The notes beneath the pieces were generated by a model. That model was not told where the DNA came from. It saw nothing but the letters and a program-made list of their open reading frames with translations, and ran no database searches. This document shows positions 36,568-46,090 of a stretch of 64,000 nucleotides of DNA, piece by piece. The translations under genes were made by a program, and so were the position numbers. Numbering within the stretch: position 1 is the stretch's first letter; each line of letters opens with the position of its first letter. Source of the stretch: Gemmatimonadota bacterium (GTDB taxonomy: Bacteria > Gemmatimonadota > Gemmatimonadetes > Gemmatimonadales > GWC2-71-9); NCBI GenBank assembly GCA_039586365.1, contig JBDHKN010000018.1, positions 22,643 to 86,642 of the forward strand, read 5' to 3'.

Positions 36568-37014
36568 CTACAGCCGCGGTGGCAAATCTCCGTGGGGGGC
36601 GATTATTGGCTCAAGTTCGCGTGAGCCGCAGGCTGCACAAATCTCGTACTGTCGGAACTGGCGCCATAGCGAAAACAGTATCGGGATCGGCAGGACCCAC
36701 CAAGCCATCTTTACGAAATCCAGGATCTTCCGGTAGGTCCACGTCACGAGTTGCATGCTGCGATTTGGAGCCACGGGAACATCGTCTTGCGCCGTCTGAG
36801 GTTGCTCAATTGACTGCTCTGAGGACAGCGTGAATGCTGAAAGCACGCGACTCAACGGTGGCGCTGATGGGGAGGTAGCGGCCGACCAGGTACCTGCAAC
36901 CAGACCAACGAAGATTGCGGCCGTCCAAACGGTGCTCTCCGCTCGCAGGCTGGATGGGTGGCGCCGTTTTGGATGTGCCTCAGTACCACAGGAGGTACAA
37001 TGCTTAGACACCAT
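36568..37014 (-). CDS. Hypothetical membrane protein with split zinc ribbon
   Basis: CTSC near the N-terminus, CAAC near the C-terminus, two hydrophobic segments between. Confidence 0.65.
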   Translation of the reverse strand: MVSKHCTSCGTEAHPKRRHPSSLRAESTVWTAAIFVGLVAGTWSAATSPSAPPLSRVLSAFTLSSEQSIEQPQTAQDDVPVAPNRSMQLVTWTYRKILDFVKMAWWVLPIPILFSLWRQFRQYEICAACGSRELEPIIAPHGDLPPRL

Positions 37015-37078
37015 GGCGCACTCTCGGCTGGAGGAGACAGGACCAAGTTATGGGTTTCTATACTAGGATGCTAGAAGC

Positions 37079-38140
37079 ATGCCAAATAGGAACGTGACAG
37101 TAGTTCGTATACTGTTCCTAGCAGATAGTCATCTCGGCTTCGACCTACCAACTCGGCCACGTGTGATACGGCGCCGTCGTGGCGAGGACTTCTTTGACAA
37201 CTTTGACCGCGCACTCACAGTCGCACGCAGCGGCGAAGTCGACTTGGTCGTGCATGGCGGGGATCTACTCTATCGTAGGCGCGTGCCCGCGAGTCTGGTC
37301 CAAAGAGCTTTCCTGCCGCTCAAGCAAGTGGCAGACGGGGGCATCCCCGTCTACCTGGTGCCCGGCAACCACGAACGGTCAGAGATCCCCTACGAGATGT
37401 TGGCGCTGCATCCCAAGATCCACATCTTCGACCGACCCCGAACGTTCGCGACGGAGGTCAACGGAATCAGTGTGGCGTTGGCGGGATTTCCCTATTGTCG
37501 CAACGGTGTGCGCGGTGCATTTGCGGCCCTGCTCGCCGCAACCGGCTGGTGGAGAGTCGCTGCACCCATCAACCTACTCTGTGTGCACCATTGTTTCGAG
37601 GGTGCCACGGTCGGACCGGGCAACTACACGTTCCGAAACGCCAGTGATGTGGTCAGGGTAGCTGATGTGCCCGAGCAGTTCGCGGCCGTGTTGTCGGGAC
37701 ACATCCACCGGCATCAGATCCTGACGGCGGACCTGCGAGGCCGCGCCCTGGCGACACCGATTCTATACCCGGGATCAATCGAGCGAACGTCATTTGCCGA
37801 GAGAGATGAACTGAAAGGTTACCTAGTGCTCGATGTTGCTCCGGGCTGCAGCAACGGGGGCGTGCTTCGGAGCTATGAGTTCCGGTGTTTGCCAGCCAGA
37901 CCTATGCTGCAGTGCGATCTCCGTTCAGGACGGGTTGGTGGTGCCGGACTGCAACGAGCCATTGAGCACGCTATTGCGCAAGCACCATCAGATGCGATTC
38001 TACGTCTCAAGGTGCAAGGGCCGCTGGATGATAGAGCTCGATCCGTGCTGTCCGCCGCCAACTTGAGATCGCTTACACCGCAGACTATGAACGTGGAAGT
38101 GCGAATAGTCGAAGACAGCAGTTTGTCTCGTCGGCGCTGA
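37079..38140 (+). CDS. SbcD/Mre11-like metallophosphoesterase
   Basis: DSHLG, GGD, GNHE, HH, SGHIH, YPGSIER. Confidence 0.85.
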   Translation: MPNRNVTVVRILFLADSHLGFDLPTRPRVIRRRRGEDFFDNFDRALTVARSGEVDLVVHGGDLLYRRRVPASLVQRAFLPLKQVADGGIPVYLVPGNHERSEIPYEMLALHPKIHIFDRPRTFATEVNGISVALAGFPYCRNGVRGAFAALLAATGWWRVAAPINLLCVHHCFEGATVGPGNYTFRNASDVVRVADVPEQFAAVLSGHIHRHQILTADLRGRALATPILYPGSIERTSFAERDELKGYLVLDVAPGCSNGGVLRSYEFRCLPARPMLQCDLRSGRVGGAGLQRAIEHAIAQAPSDAILRLKVQGPLDDRARSVLSAANLRSLTPQTMNVEVRIVEDSSLSRRR

Positions 38141-38142
38141 TC

Positions 38143-39363
38143 TCACAGGCCACGACCGACCGCGTCGCTCCCGAACTTAGCCCGCACTTCATCCACCGCG
38201 CGCGATAATGCTCGGTCACGCTCACTTTCGCCGACGTCGTCTTCGTGTAGATCGAAGAGTGTGAGCTGATCCACTTCATCCTGTTCACACAGCTTGGACA
38301 GCGATACACTGAGCAAGCGGGCGGGCACACGCCGTGCTGCACGGAGTCGCGCCAACAACTCCTTGGCGACCGCAACGACGGATCGGTCGGACATGAGGGG
38401 CTCGGGTAGAGTGCGGCTCTTCTGGCGAGTTGTGAAATCGTGATCACGTATCTTCACCGAGATGGTGCGTGCAGCCCAGCGGTGTTTGCGCAGGTCGCCC
38501 GTAGCCCGGTCCACTAGGCGCAACAGCTCCCGCACGAGGTCAGCGTCTTCCGACAGGTCCGTTGCAAACGTCTCGTCTCGACTGATCGACTTGGCTTGTG
38601 CTCGCGGTTCAACCGGCGTGCGATCTGCGCCGCGTATTCGGTTATGAAGCCAAGCACCCGTGCGCTCGCCGAACCACTGCTGCATAGTCGGCAGGTCGTG
38701 GTGCAGCGCGTCGTGTACCGATCTCATGCCGAGGCGCCCAAGTCGCTCTTGAAAGCGAGGCCCTATGCCTGGGATGTCCGCGAGGTCAAATCCGGCCAAG
38801 AACGCCGCCTCCGCTCCGGCGGGAACGATGACTACACCGTGAGCTTCGGGCGTGCGGTGCGGTTTCGCGCGATTTGCCGCCAGCTTTGCTACGAGTCGGT
38901 TGCTGCCCCCACCGATCGACACGGAGATGTCGGTTTGGTCCAGTACGGTTGCCCGAATTTGCCGGGCTGTGGTTTCCAGCGACTCGCCGCAGTACAGTTC
39001 CTCGGTACCAGTCAGATCTAGGTACATCTCGTCAATTGACGCAGGTTCAACCACCGGGGTGAACTGTTCCAACACCCTCACAATCGCGCGGCTCTTCTCG
39101 CTACAAAAGCCGCGTGGCACCCCCACCACCATCGCCTCAGGACAAAGTCGCAGCGCCTGGGCCGTAGGCATACCAGATCTGGCCCCGAACGCCCGGGCAG
39201 CATACGACGCGGAAGTCACAACTCCCCTCCCTTGAGCGGAGCCGCCCACCAGAAGAAGCTCCGCCCGACCGGCACCGTCCGGGTCGTTCAGCCGGGCGAC
39301 CTGTACATAGAAAGCATCGGCATCCACTTGGAGGATGCGCGGTGTCCGGGAATCCACGCCCAT
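38143..39363 (-). CDS. dinB: DNA polymerase IV
   Basis: VDADAFY, ASYAAR, SIDE, AKLA, little-finger domain. Confidence 0.93.
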   Translation of the reverse strand: MGVDSRTPRILQVDADAFYVQVARLNDPDGAGRAELLLVGGSAQGRGVVTSASYAARAFGARSGMPTAQALRLCPEAMVVGVPRGFCSEKSRAIVRVLEQFTPVVEPASIDEMYLDLTGTEELYCGESLETTARQIRATVLDQTDISVSIGGGSNRLVAKLAANRAKPHRTPEAHGVVIVPAGAEAAFLAGFDLADIPGIGPRFQERLGRLGMRSVHDALHHDLPTMQQWFGERTGAWLHNRIRGADRTPVEPRAQAKSISRDETFATDLSEDADLVRELLRLVDRATGDLRKHRWAARTISVKIRDHDFTTRQKSRTLPEPLMSDRSVVAVAKELLARLRAARRVPARLLSVSLSKLCEQDEVDQLTLFDLHEDDVGESERDRALSRAVDEVRAKFGSDAVGRGL

Positions 39364-39424
39364 GAAAGGAAGTATACTGCAGCGGCCAGCAGGCTACTGG
39401 AAGCTGAAAGCTGGTAGCTGGTGG

Positions 39425-41230
39425 TCAGCGCCCTCGCACCACAGGCAGTTCGATCATGGAAGCGTGAGCGGTGTTGCGAGCGACCGTGATTACCGGATCG
39501 CCAGTAGCGGGGATTCGGGTGAACAAGCCGTTGTCATGCCCTGCGATGGCCACACGAATGCGGTGCCCGGCTCTAACAAGTACTGACGTTGGGAGCAGCC
39601 CGAAAGTGATTGCCGTGGTCTCTCCGGGAACAAGGGGCTCACCGTCCTGTGTCTCGAAGGAATGGTAGGGGATGTCCAATTCGTAGGGTGGCGTGTTGTC
39701 TGACACCTTTCGATGCAGTGCCCGCAGCTGACCCTCAGTTATGTAGGTGACCGTACCCGCTTCGTCGACGTCCTCCAGGTATACGAAGAAGGCGCCATCC
39801 GTATGGGTCGATGTCACGTACAACGTGACGACGGGATAGCCCGTGATCTCGAGGTCTTCATAAAGGGGATCGCTTGTGTAGGTAAGGAGCCTGTCATCCT
39901 CGTCGCGCCGGTCGGGATAGATCACAGGACCGTCCAGTGCTGTGTGCCAACGAGTGTTCTCACCAGTTGTAGCGGTGAAATCCACCGCGTAGGTGTCACT
40001 GCCTGCAGGCTCGGCAGGTGGAGAAGTGGACAGTCCGTTCGCCGCATCGAAGTACCACCGCTCGGTAGCGGTCCCTGCGACCGGCCACACGTTTGTGGAC
40101 CTCCACTCCTCAGCACCAAGAGTGTAGTAGTAGAGCACCCTTTCCACGGTCCCAGGACCGTCTTGCTTGAGGTACCGGTCCATGAAATTCAGGGCCTCGT
40201 ACCACTGTTGCCCCAGCTCCGGTTCTGGGGGTGTCCCGGGTGGGCGGTATGGGCTGGCATGGCCCCATCCGGCGTTCGTCCATGCTCCGATCACGGCTTG
40301 CTGCGGATTGCTGAGCGTCATAAAGCGGGTGAGCGTCGCGTGAGCGCTGGAGTGGTCCATCCAGCTTCCCCAGCCGTACACGGCGGCATCCGATCCCTCC
40401 AACGCTTCCCGGTATGAGTGGGCGCTCATATCGTTCATGGTGATGCCGAGCGAGGACATCTGATCGCGGTAGACTATTTCCCTGAACCCTTCATAGACGC
40501 TGCCGTTATTGACATGCTCGGCAACGGCATCTGACAGAAGAGAGCCACTGTAGTCATCGTCAACACGCTTGACACTACGGTTTGGTTGCCCTGGCCACTC
40601 GTTTGCATCGAAAAACACGTTCGCAGCACTCCAGGTGCCGACGAACCAGTCAAGGAAGATCCCCCCTGGAAACGCGACGTCAGTGTAGATGTCGTATTGG
40701 GTGAACGCCGGGACTATCACCCGTACAGCTCGATGACTCGTGGTGCTCAGGAACTGCGCCGACATACCCTCGTAGGAGATGCCCCACGCACCGACTCGGC
40801 CGTTGGACCAATTCTGTTCGATTACCCAGTCGACTACCTCTGAGAAGTCAGCCAAAGCAGTCTCGCTCCACGGATAGGGCCACGTTCCGAAAGAAGCGCC
40901 GGTGCCGCGTTCGTCCACGGTCACAAATGCGTAACCCCGGTTGCTGGCCACTCGAGTGCGCCAGTCGACATCGTCTCCGTCTTCAGCCCGCCAGAACCGC
41001 GTCATGGACACGATTGTGGGTATTTGCGCGTCGTACGGCAGTGGGTATGGCAGAGTCACATCGACTGCAATCCGCACCCCATCCCACATGGTCAGGTACT
41101 CGGCATCAGTACGGTAGTACTCGTACTCGGGTCCGAAGTTGGCTTCGACGGACTCTGTAAATTCCGGGAGATCGGGATCGCACGCTAGAAGAGAAAGCGC
41201 GCAGATGATCGAGAGGATCGACAGTCGCAT
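39425..41230 (-). CDS. CocE/NonD family hydrolase-like lipoprotein, possibly catalytically degenerate
   Basis: Lipobox LLAC; DERGTGAS.G; GISYEG; C-terminal PepX_C-like domain; the His position reads GAWTN. Confidence 0.85.
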   Translation of the reverse strand: MRLSILSIICALSLLACDPDLPEFTESVEANFGPEYEYYRTDAEYLTMWDGVRIAVDVTLPYPLPYDAQIPTIVSMTRFWRAEDGDDVDWRTRVASNRGYAFVTVDERGTGASFGTWPYPWSETALADFSEVVDWVIEQNWSNGRVGAWGISYEGMSAQFLSTTSHRAVRVIVPAFTQYDIYTDVAFPGGIFLDWFVGTWSAANVFFDANEWPGQPNRSVKRVDDDYSGSLLSDAVAEHVNNGSVYEGFREIVYRDQMSSLGITMNDMSAHSYREALEGSDAAVYGWGSWMDHSSAHATLTRFMTLSNPQQAVIGAWTNAGWGHASPYRPPGTPPEPELGQQWYEALNFMDRYLKQDGPGTVERVLYYYTLGAEEWRSTNVWPVAGTATERWYFDAANGLSTSPPAEPAGSDTYAVDFTATTGENTRWHTALDGPVIYPDRRDEDDRLLTYTSDPLYEDLEITGYPVVTLYVTSTHTDGAFFVYLEDVDEAGTVTYITEGQLRALHRKVSDNTPPYELDIPYHSFETQDGEPLVPGETTAITFGLLPTSVLVRAGHRIRVAIAGHDNGLFTRIPATGDPVITVARNTAHASMIELPVVRGR

Positions 41231-41259
41231 GTGTCCGCGTTCCTTCATTGTCATGTGGC

Positions 41260-43914
41260 TCAAAATTCCCAGCGCGCCCCGATGGTCGGCAGCACGCCAA
41301 TCAGCTCATGGGTTCCGCGGTAGACGCCGACTTGAGTGGCGCTCAAACCCTCGAGGTAGTAGTCATAAGCCTTAGCATTCTCCCGGTCGTACAGGTTGAA
41401 CACATCGAGATAGACCGAGAGTCGACCGCGGCCTATGGGGAAGTCTCGGGACACCCTGAAGTCGAACCGGTGGTAAGCCGGCAGTCGCTCCCCGTTAATA
41501 GGTCCGAAACTGCGTTCCCAGTAGAGATAGCCCATAGCGAGCGTGTCGAGACTGTACTGCTGTGCTGTGCCGGGCCAAGGAGAGTGGTATTGCCAAGCCC
41601 AGCTCAAGGCCCAGAGGGGATTGGGTCGGTAGGCGAATTCCAGGCGGAGAGTGTGTCTCTGATCGTAGGGGCGCGGTACCCACTCACCGTCCAACTCGTC
41701 TTCCGCTACAGCGAGTGCGTAGCTGGCGAACCAAGCGAACCTTCCTCCTACATCCCGTTTGGCGAACAACTCGATACCCCTGGCGTGGCTCCGGGTGGGG
41801 GCAATGCGAACTCTGTCGTCGGGGCCTTCTTCAGGGACTGTCTCGTACTGCGGCTCCAGGCTGCGGTATTCGGGGCGCGGGTCTGTGACCCTTCTCTCGT
41901 AGGCTTCGACCCGGATGGAGATGCCGTCGATCATCCGGTGCTCCACCCCCAGGATGCGATGCTCGGCCCATTGAGCAGGATAGAAGGTGTCATCCCCGTC
42001 ACGCACGAGCAGTTCGTGGAGTCCATGGGATTGGTAGAAATACCCCCAGGCTCCGCGCACCGTCGTTCGCGGCGCGATGTCTAGCGAGACGTTCACTCTT
42101 GGGCCCCACATGTTCTCGCCGGTGTGCGATTGGTGATCGTAGCGCAAGCCCAGTTCGGTCGTAACAGCAGACACAGGCCGGATCCGATTCGACAGATAGA
42201 GACCGACCTCGTATCCATCCGGCTCCGTGGCTATTGAGAGCGTGTCAGTCCAGGTGTAGAAAGGCGGGCCGAAGGGGTTCGCCTTGTTGGGCTCGTCTGA
42301 GAAACGCCAGCGGAAGTAGTCGTACTCTGCGAAACCTCGTTTGAGGTCAAAGCCCCAGCGCGTTAGGAGCCCCTGGGACACGAGCAAACTCCAATCCTGC
42401 TTGAGCCCGTAGAAGTCGAATGTGCCACGCTCGTCCACGCTCAACCATTGTTCATCGTTGTAGTCCCCCCTGTAGTCCCGGCCGTCCCGCTCCCGGGTCA
42501 GCCGGCCGACAGAGATAGTCGTGTGCGCCGTAAGTGCACTTGTGAGGTCGGCCTGCCAATTCAGCCAGGCATAGCTGCTGCCGTATCCACTCTCGAGTTC
42601 GGTGCCGTCTTCTTCGACTACCGAAAAAGCGTCGCCAGCATGCAGCACGTGACCAGAAATCAGGTGCCGGGCACCTAGCTGATATTGGACTTTACCGAAC
42701 AGGTCATAGTAGGTGGGTGAGAGCTCGACTCCCTCGTCGGTGGCGTTCGTGATGTCGAGAACGATGTCGAGGTACCCTCTCCTCGCGGAAGCCAGCCAAG
42801 TTCCGGCGCCCCGCGCGAAGCTTCCTTCGCTTTTGAAGGTCGCGTTCATGAAGCTCAATCCCAGGGTGGTCTTGATGCGGTCTGGTTCGGGGGTAACGGT
42901 TCGCATCGAGACAACCCCGGCCATCTTGTCACCGTATTCAGCGGAGAAACCACCGGTCATCAAGCTCAGCTCGCGGATAGACTCGACATCCAAGATGCTC
43001 AGTGCGCCGTCGAGTTCCTTGAGGTGAAACGGCTCATATAACTCCAGGCCGTCCAGGATCTCGAGTACCTGGTCGCTAGGCCCGCCCCTGATGTGCAGTC
43101 TCGCTGAGATATCGTCGGTGGTAACTCCAGGGAGGCGATCCATGGCGCGGTAGATGTCTTCACCAACGTGGGGTCGGGTCTCAACATCCCGCCTGGTCAA
43201 CGTCCGAGGCGCCACTAGTTCCGCTTCTCCGATGATGCCATAGGTACTGGGTGTTATCACTACGGTCCGGAGCTGAAGTGGGGCCCGGTCCAGCAGCACA
43301 GTTACGGTTGTCGTGTCCCCATCGGTGACGAGGACGTCCTCCAATCTCCGTGGCGCGTATCCGAGCGATCGCACAGTCAACTCGTATGTGCCAGGTCCCA
43401 AGGTTAGACGGAAGCGGCCCGCCTCGTCCGTCCGCACCTCTCCTACGCGGCCGGATACTCTGATCTGGGCTTGGACAACTGGCTGGCTATCAGGTGTGGC
43501 CAGCACCTCGCCAAGTACAGTCCCGACTTGAAGTCTGAATGGCCTCAGAGGCTTGGGTTGCGAGAGGATCAGAGGGTCGTTAGGGGGACCTACGATCACG
43601 CGGTTTGGCGTTTCGAGGTAGCGTAGACCCGTACCGACAAGAAGAGAATCGAGGGCCTCGGCCACCGTGACGACGCCGCATGAGCAATTGACAGGTCTGT
43701 GACCTGAGAGGAGATCGGGACTAAACGCAAGCTGCACGCCTGATCGCAGACCGAGGAGAGGCAAAGCGGTTTCAAGCGGCACTTCCCGGACGTCGAGACG
43801 CGCCAGCCTATGGAGCAATGGACCATTGCCAGCCGACTGTGCCTGCTGGCCATGCGTTGCCGTCGCTACAGTACTCATCATGAGAACTACGAAGAGGTGG
43901 CGACTCAAAGTCAT
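41260..43914 (-). CDS. TonB-dependent receptor with N-terminal STN signalling and carboxypeptidase-regulatory-like domains
   Basis: Signal peptide; plug LPGV..IRGG..LDG..GGFSAEYG; C-terminal DVFNLYD..RWEF; ATGA overlap with fecR. Confidence 0.9.
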   Translation of the reverse strand: MTLSRHLFVVLMMSTVATATHGQQAQSAGNGPLLHRLARLDVREVPLETALPLLGLRSGVQLAFSPDLLSGHRPVNCSCGVVTVAEALDSLLVGTGLRYLETPNRVIVGPPNDPLILSQPKPLRPFRLQVGTVLGEVLATPDSQPVVQAQIRVSGRVGEVRTDEAGRFRLTLGPGTYELTVRSLGYAPRRLEDVLVTDGDTTTVTVLLDRAPLQLRTVVITPSTYGIIGEAELVAPRTLTRRDVETRPHVGEDIYRAMDRLPGVTTDDISARLHIRGGPSDQVLEILDGLELYEPFHLKELDGALSILDVESIRELSLMTGGFSAEYGDKMAGVVSMRTVTPEPDRIKTTLGLSFMNATFKSEGSFARGAGTWLASARRGYLDIVLDITNATDEGVELSPTYYDLFGKVQYQLGARHLISGHVLHAGDAFSVVEEDGTELESGYGSSYAWLNWQADLTSALTAHTTISVGRLTRERDGRDYRGDYNDEQWLSVDERGTFDFYGLKQDWSLLVSQGLLTRWGFDLKRGFAEYDYFRWRFSDEPNKANPFGPPFYTWTDTLSIATEPDGYEVGLYLSNRIRPVSAVTTELGLRYDHQSHTGENMWGPRVNVSLDIAPRTTVRGAWGYFYQSHGLHELLVRDGDDTFYPAQWAEHRILGVEHRMIDGISIRVEAYERRVTDPRPEYRSLEPQYETVPEEGPDDRVRIAPTRSHARGIELFAKRDVGGRFAWFASYALAVAEDELDGEWVPRPYDQRHTLRLEFAYRPNPLWALSWAWQYHSPWPGTAQQYSLDTLAMGYLYWERSFGPINGERLPAYHRFDFRVSRDFPIGRGRLSVYLDVFNLYDRENAKAYDYYLEGLSATQVGVYRGTHELIGVLPTIGARWEF

Positions 43915-44873
43915 GGCCTCACCTCCACTGTGTCGCCCATGACACAACTTGCTCCGACCACCTGACAGATGGCGCTTACGACTTCCTCAAAAGCTTCATC
44001 CTCAAACCACGCGGTCACTGATCTCTGGGCGATCGAGCTGTCCCGGATGACAAACGGAACGCCGAATTGCGATTCCACCTCGGCCACCACCCGCGCGAGC
44101 GGCGTGGCGTGGAAGATGAGCAGCCCGTCGCGCCAGTCGAGCATCTCCCAAACATCTGCTTCCAGCGGAGCAGACGGCGCGGATCCCTGCGCTATCCGGC
44201 TCATTGCACCCCCACTCACCTCCACTTGGTGCCCGGCCGCGGAGAGAGCTACGCGTCCCTCGACCACCACGAGTCGGAGCGAATCAGCCTCGGCTCGGAG
44301 CTCGAATCGCGTGCCAAGGACTTCAGCTTTGCCGGCTTCCGTGCTAACGACAAAGGGTCGGGTGGAGTCGGAAGCGATAGCGAAGAACGCTGTACCGGCC
44401 AATGCAGCCCTGCGTTGCTCCCCGCCCCATACCTCAAGGCGACTACTCGGGCCCAGCCGCACTACACTCCCGTCCTCGAGGGGAACAGTCTTTGTTTCGA
44501 CTGGGCCGGAGCAATAGGTGGCATCCGGGGGTGTCTCGCGAAGCTTGTGAATGCCGATGCTCACAGCCGTAACCGCTGCGGCTGCCGCGGCGGCCGCTCC
44601 AGCCCATCGCCATGTCCTGTTTCCGTGAGCAGGTCTCGGTCGGAGTGGGACTGCCTGACGACGGCGGCGGTTCCCTTGCGCGATGATGCACTCGGGAAGT
44701 GGCGGGGCTGATATGGATTCTTGTGAATCGTGCAGAGCAGTGAGCCGCCAAGTGTGCGCGAACTCCTGAAAGGTGCGCTCATTCTCGGCCGACTCGCTCC
44801 GCCACCGCTCGAGTTGGGATTCCTCAGGCGGGGTCGCTTCGCCGCTCAGCACTCGTGTGATGAGATCTTCCAT
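43911..44873 (-). CDS. fecR: FecR-family anti-sigma/transducer
   Basis: N-terminal LERWR..S.EN; TM helix; LEDGS.V.LGP.S; VLGTRF; W.DG.L.F. Confidence 0.9.
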   Translation of the reverse strand: MEDLITRVLSGEATPPEESQLERWRSESAENERTFQEFAHTWRLTALHDSQESISAPPLPECIIAQGNRRRRQAVPLRPRPAHGNRTWRWAGAAAAAAAAVTAVSIGIHKLRETPPDATYCSGPVETKTVPLEDGSVVRLGPSSRLEVWGGEQRRAALAGTAFFAIASDSTRPFVVSTEAGKAEVLGTRFELRAEADSLRLVVVEGRVALSAAGHQVEVSGGAMSRIAQGSAPSAPLEADVWEMLDWRDGLLIFHATPLARVVAEVESQFGVPFVIRDSSIAQRSVTAWFEDEAFEEVVSAICQVVGASCVMGDTVEVRP

Positions 44874-45028
44874 GAGACGACTGTCCTCCAATGTCGTCTA
44901 CAACACGAACGCGACGGCGGGGTTATACCAACGGGTGGATGGGCGTCCGGGCGGAAGCGCGACTGACGCAGGAGATGCACCGGAATGTACTGTGCGGCTC
45001 CAACTACATGTGCCGCTCAGGCTGAGAA

Positions 45029-45619
45029 TCAGGCGCTGAGGTCTGCCGCAGAATCGCGCGGCGGCTTCTCAATGTGGCCGTAGAAGTAGGGAGCCAAGCT
45101 GTCCCGCAGGTTTGCCAGCGCCATACTCAGGTGGTTCGCGACGGTCTGCGGTGCCAGGTCCAGTACCTGTGCGGCTTCACGGTAGGAGAGACCGTGGTAG
45201 CGAACCAGGACGAACACGTCCCGCCGTCGCGGCGGGAGGGCGTCCACGGCACGCGCAATGATGTTCCCAAGCTCCTCATGCTCGACATTTTCGGCGGCAG
45301 TAGAACGCAGCGCCGGTCGTGATGCTCGTTTGTCAGCCCGCTCGCGAGCTGATCGGCGCCGGATCTCGTCGAGGCTCAGGTTGCGAGTGATCCGGAATAG
45401 CAGGGCCCGCAGCGAACCCTCCTGCTGCCAGGCATCGCGGCGCTCCCATAGGCGCACGAACGTTTCCTGGGCGACGTCTTCAGCTGCATCGCGGCTGTGC
45501 AGGAAGCCAGTGGCGAACCGCACGACTGGGGCCCAATAGCGCTCGAGGATTACCCCAAGTGCAGCAGGGTCGTCCGTGCCAATACGCGACAGCAGTTCGA
45601 GGTCTGAGTGAGACGGCAT
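45029..45619 (-). CDS. ECF sigma-70 factor (FecI-like)
   Basis: AEDVAQETF.RLW; GLSYREAA; adjacent to fecR. Confidence 0.9.
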   Translation of the reverse strand: MPSHSDLELLSRIGTDDPAALGVILERYWAPVVRFATGFLHSRDAAEDVAQETFVRLWERRDAWQQEGSLRALLFRITRNLSLDEIRRRSARERADKRASRPALRSTAAENVEHEELGNIIARAVDALPPRRRDVFVLVRYHGLSYREAAQVLDLAPQTVANHLSMALANLRDSLAPYFYGHIEKPPRDSAADLSA

Positions 45620-46090
45620 TCCCTCACGATCCGATTGCGGGGTGTCATGAGAGCCGGGCCGTAGCGACCTTTGAGGGCGACCGACGGTCGATTCCTGATA
45701 CCTCGACCAGCGTCAGGAGGTTGCCCCTCCGCAGGCGTGCGCGGCACAGAGCCACGGCCCTACATTTACGCCAGATATATATATCATATTGCTAGTGACC
45801 GCAAGCCCTCCGGCCGGATTCCGATGGGCACGCCGTGAAATAGGCATTGTGAATTCTCGAGCTAGAGCGGATTGACCTACTGGCGGAGCCAACAGCTCCT
45901 GTTAGGGTGAGAAGATCGGGATCTCAGTAAATCCGTGAGCGGTACGCGGTCAGATAATTCTGAACGCTGACCGCCCCTTGTGATCGCTGTCCGCCGGGGC
46001 CAGTCGGCCGGTCGTCGACTACCGCTTGGCGAGAAGGCGAGTGATCTTTGGTCGGGACTGCGAACTCCTTCTCTATTGTGAACACATGTC

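Noticed and set aside
37079..39363. Nuclease plus polymerase as an anti-phage or mutagenesis cassette
   Set aside because: Convergent orientation, ordinary DinB, and no imuA/dnaE2 or defence partners.
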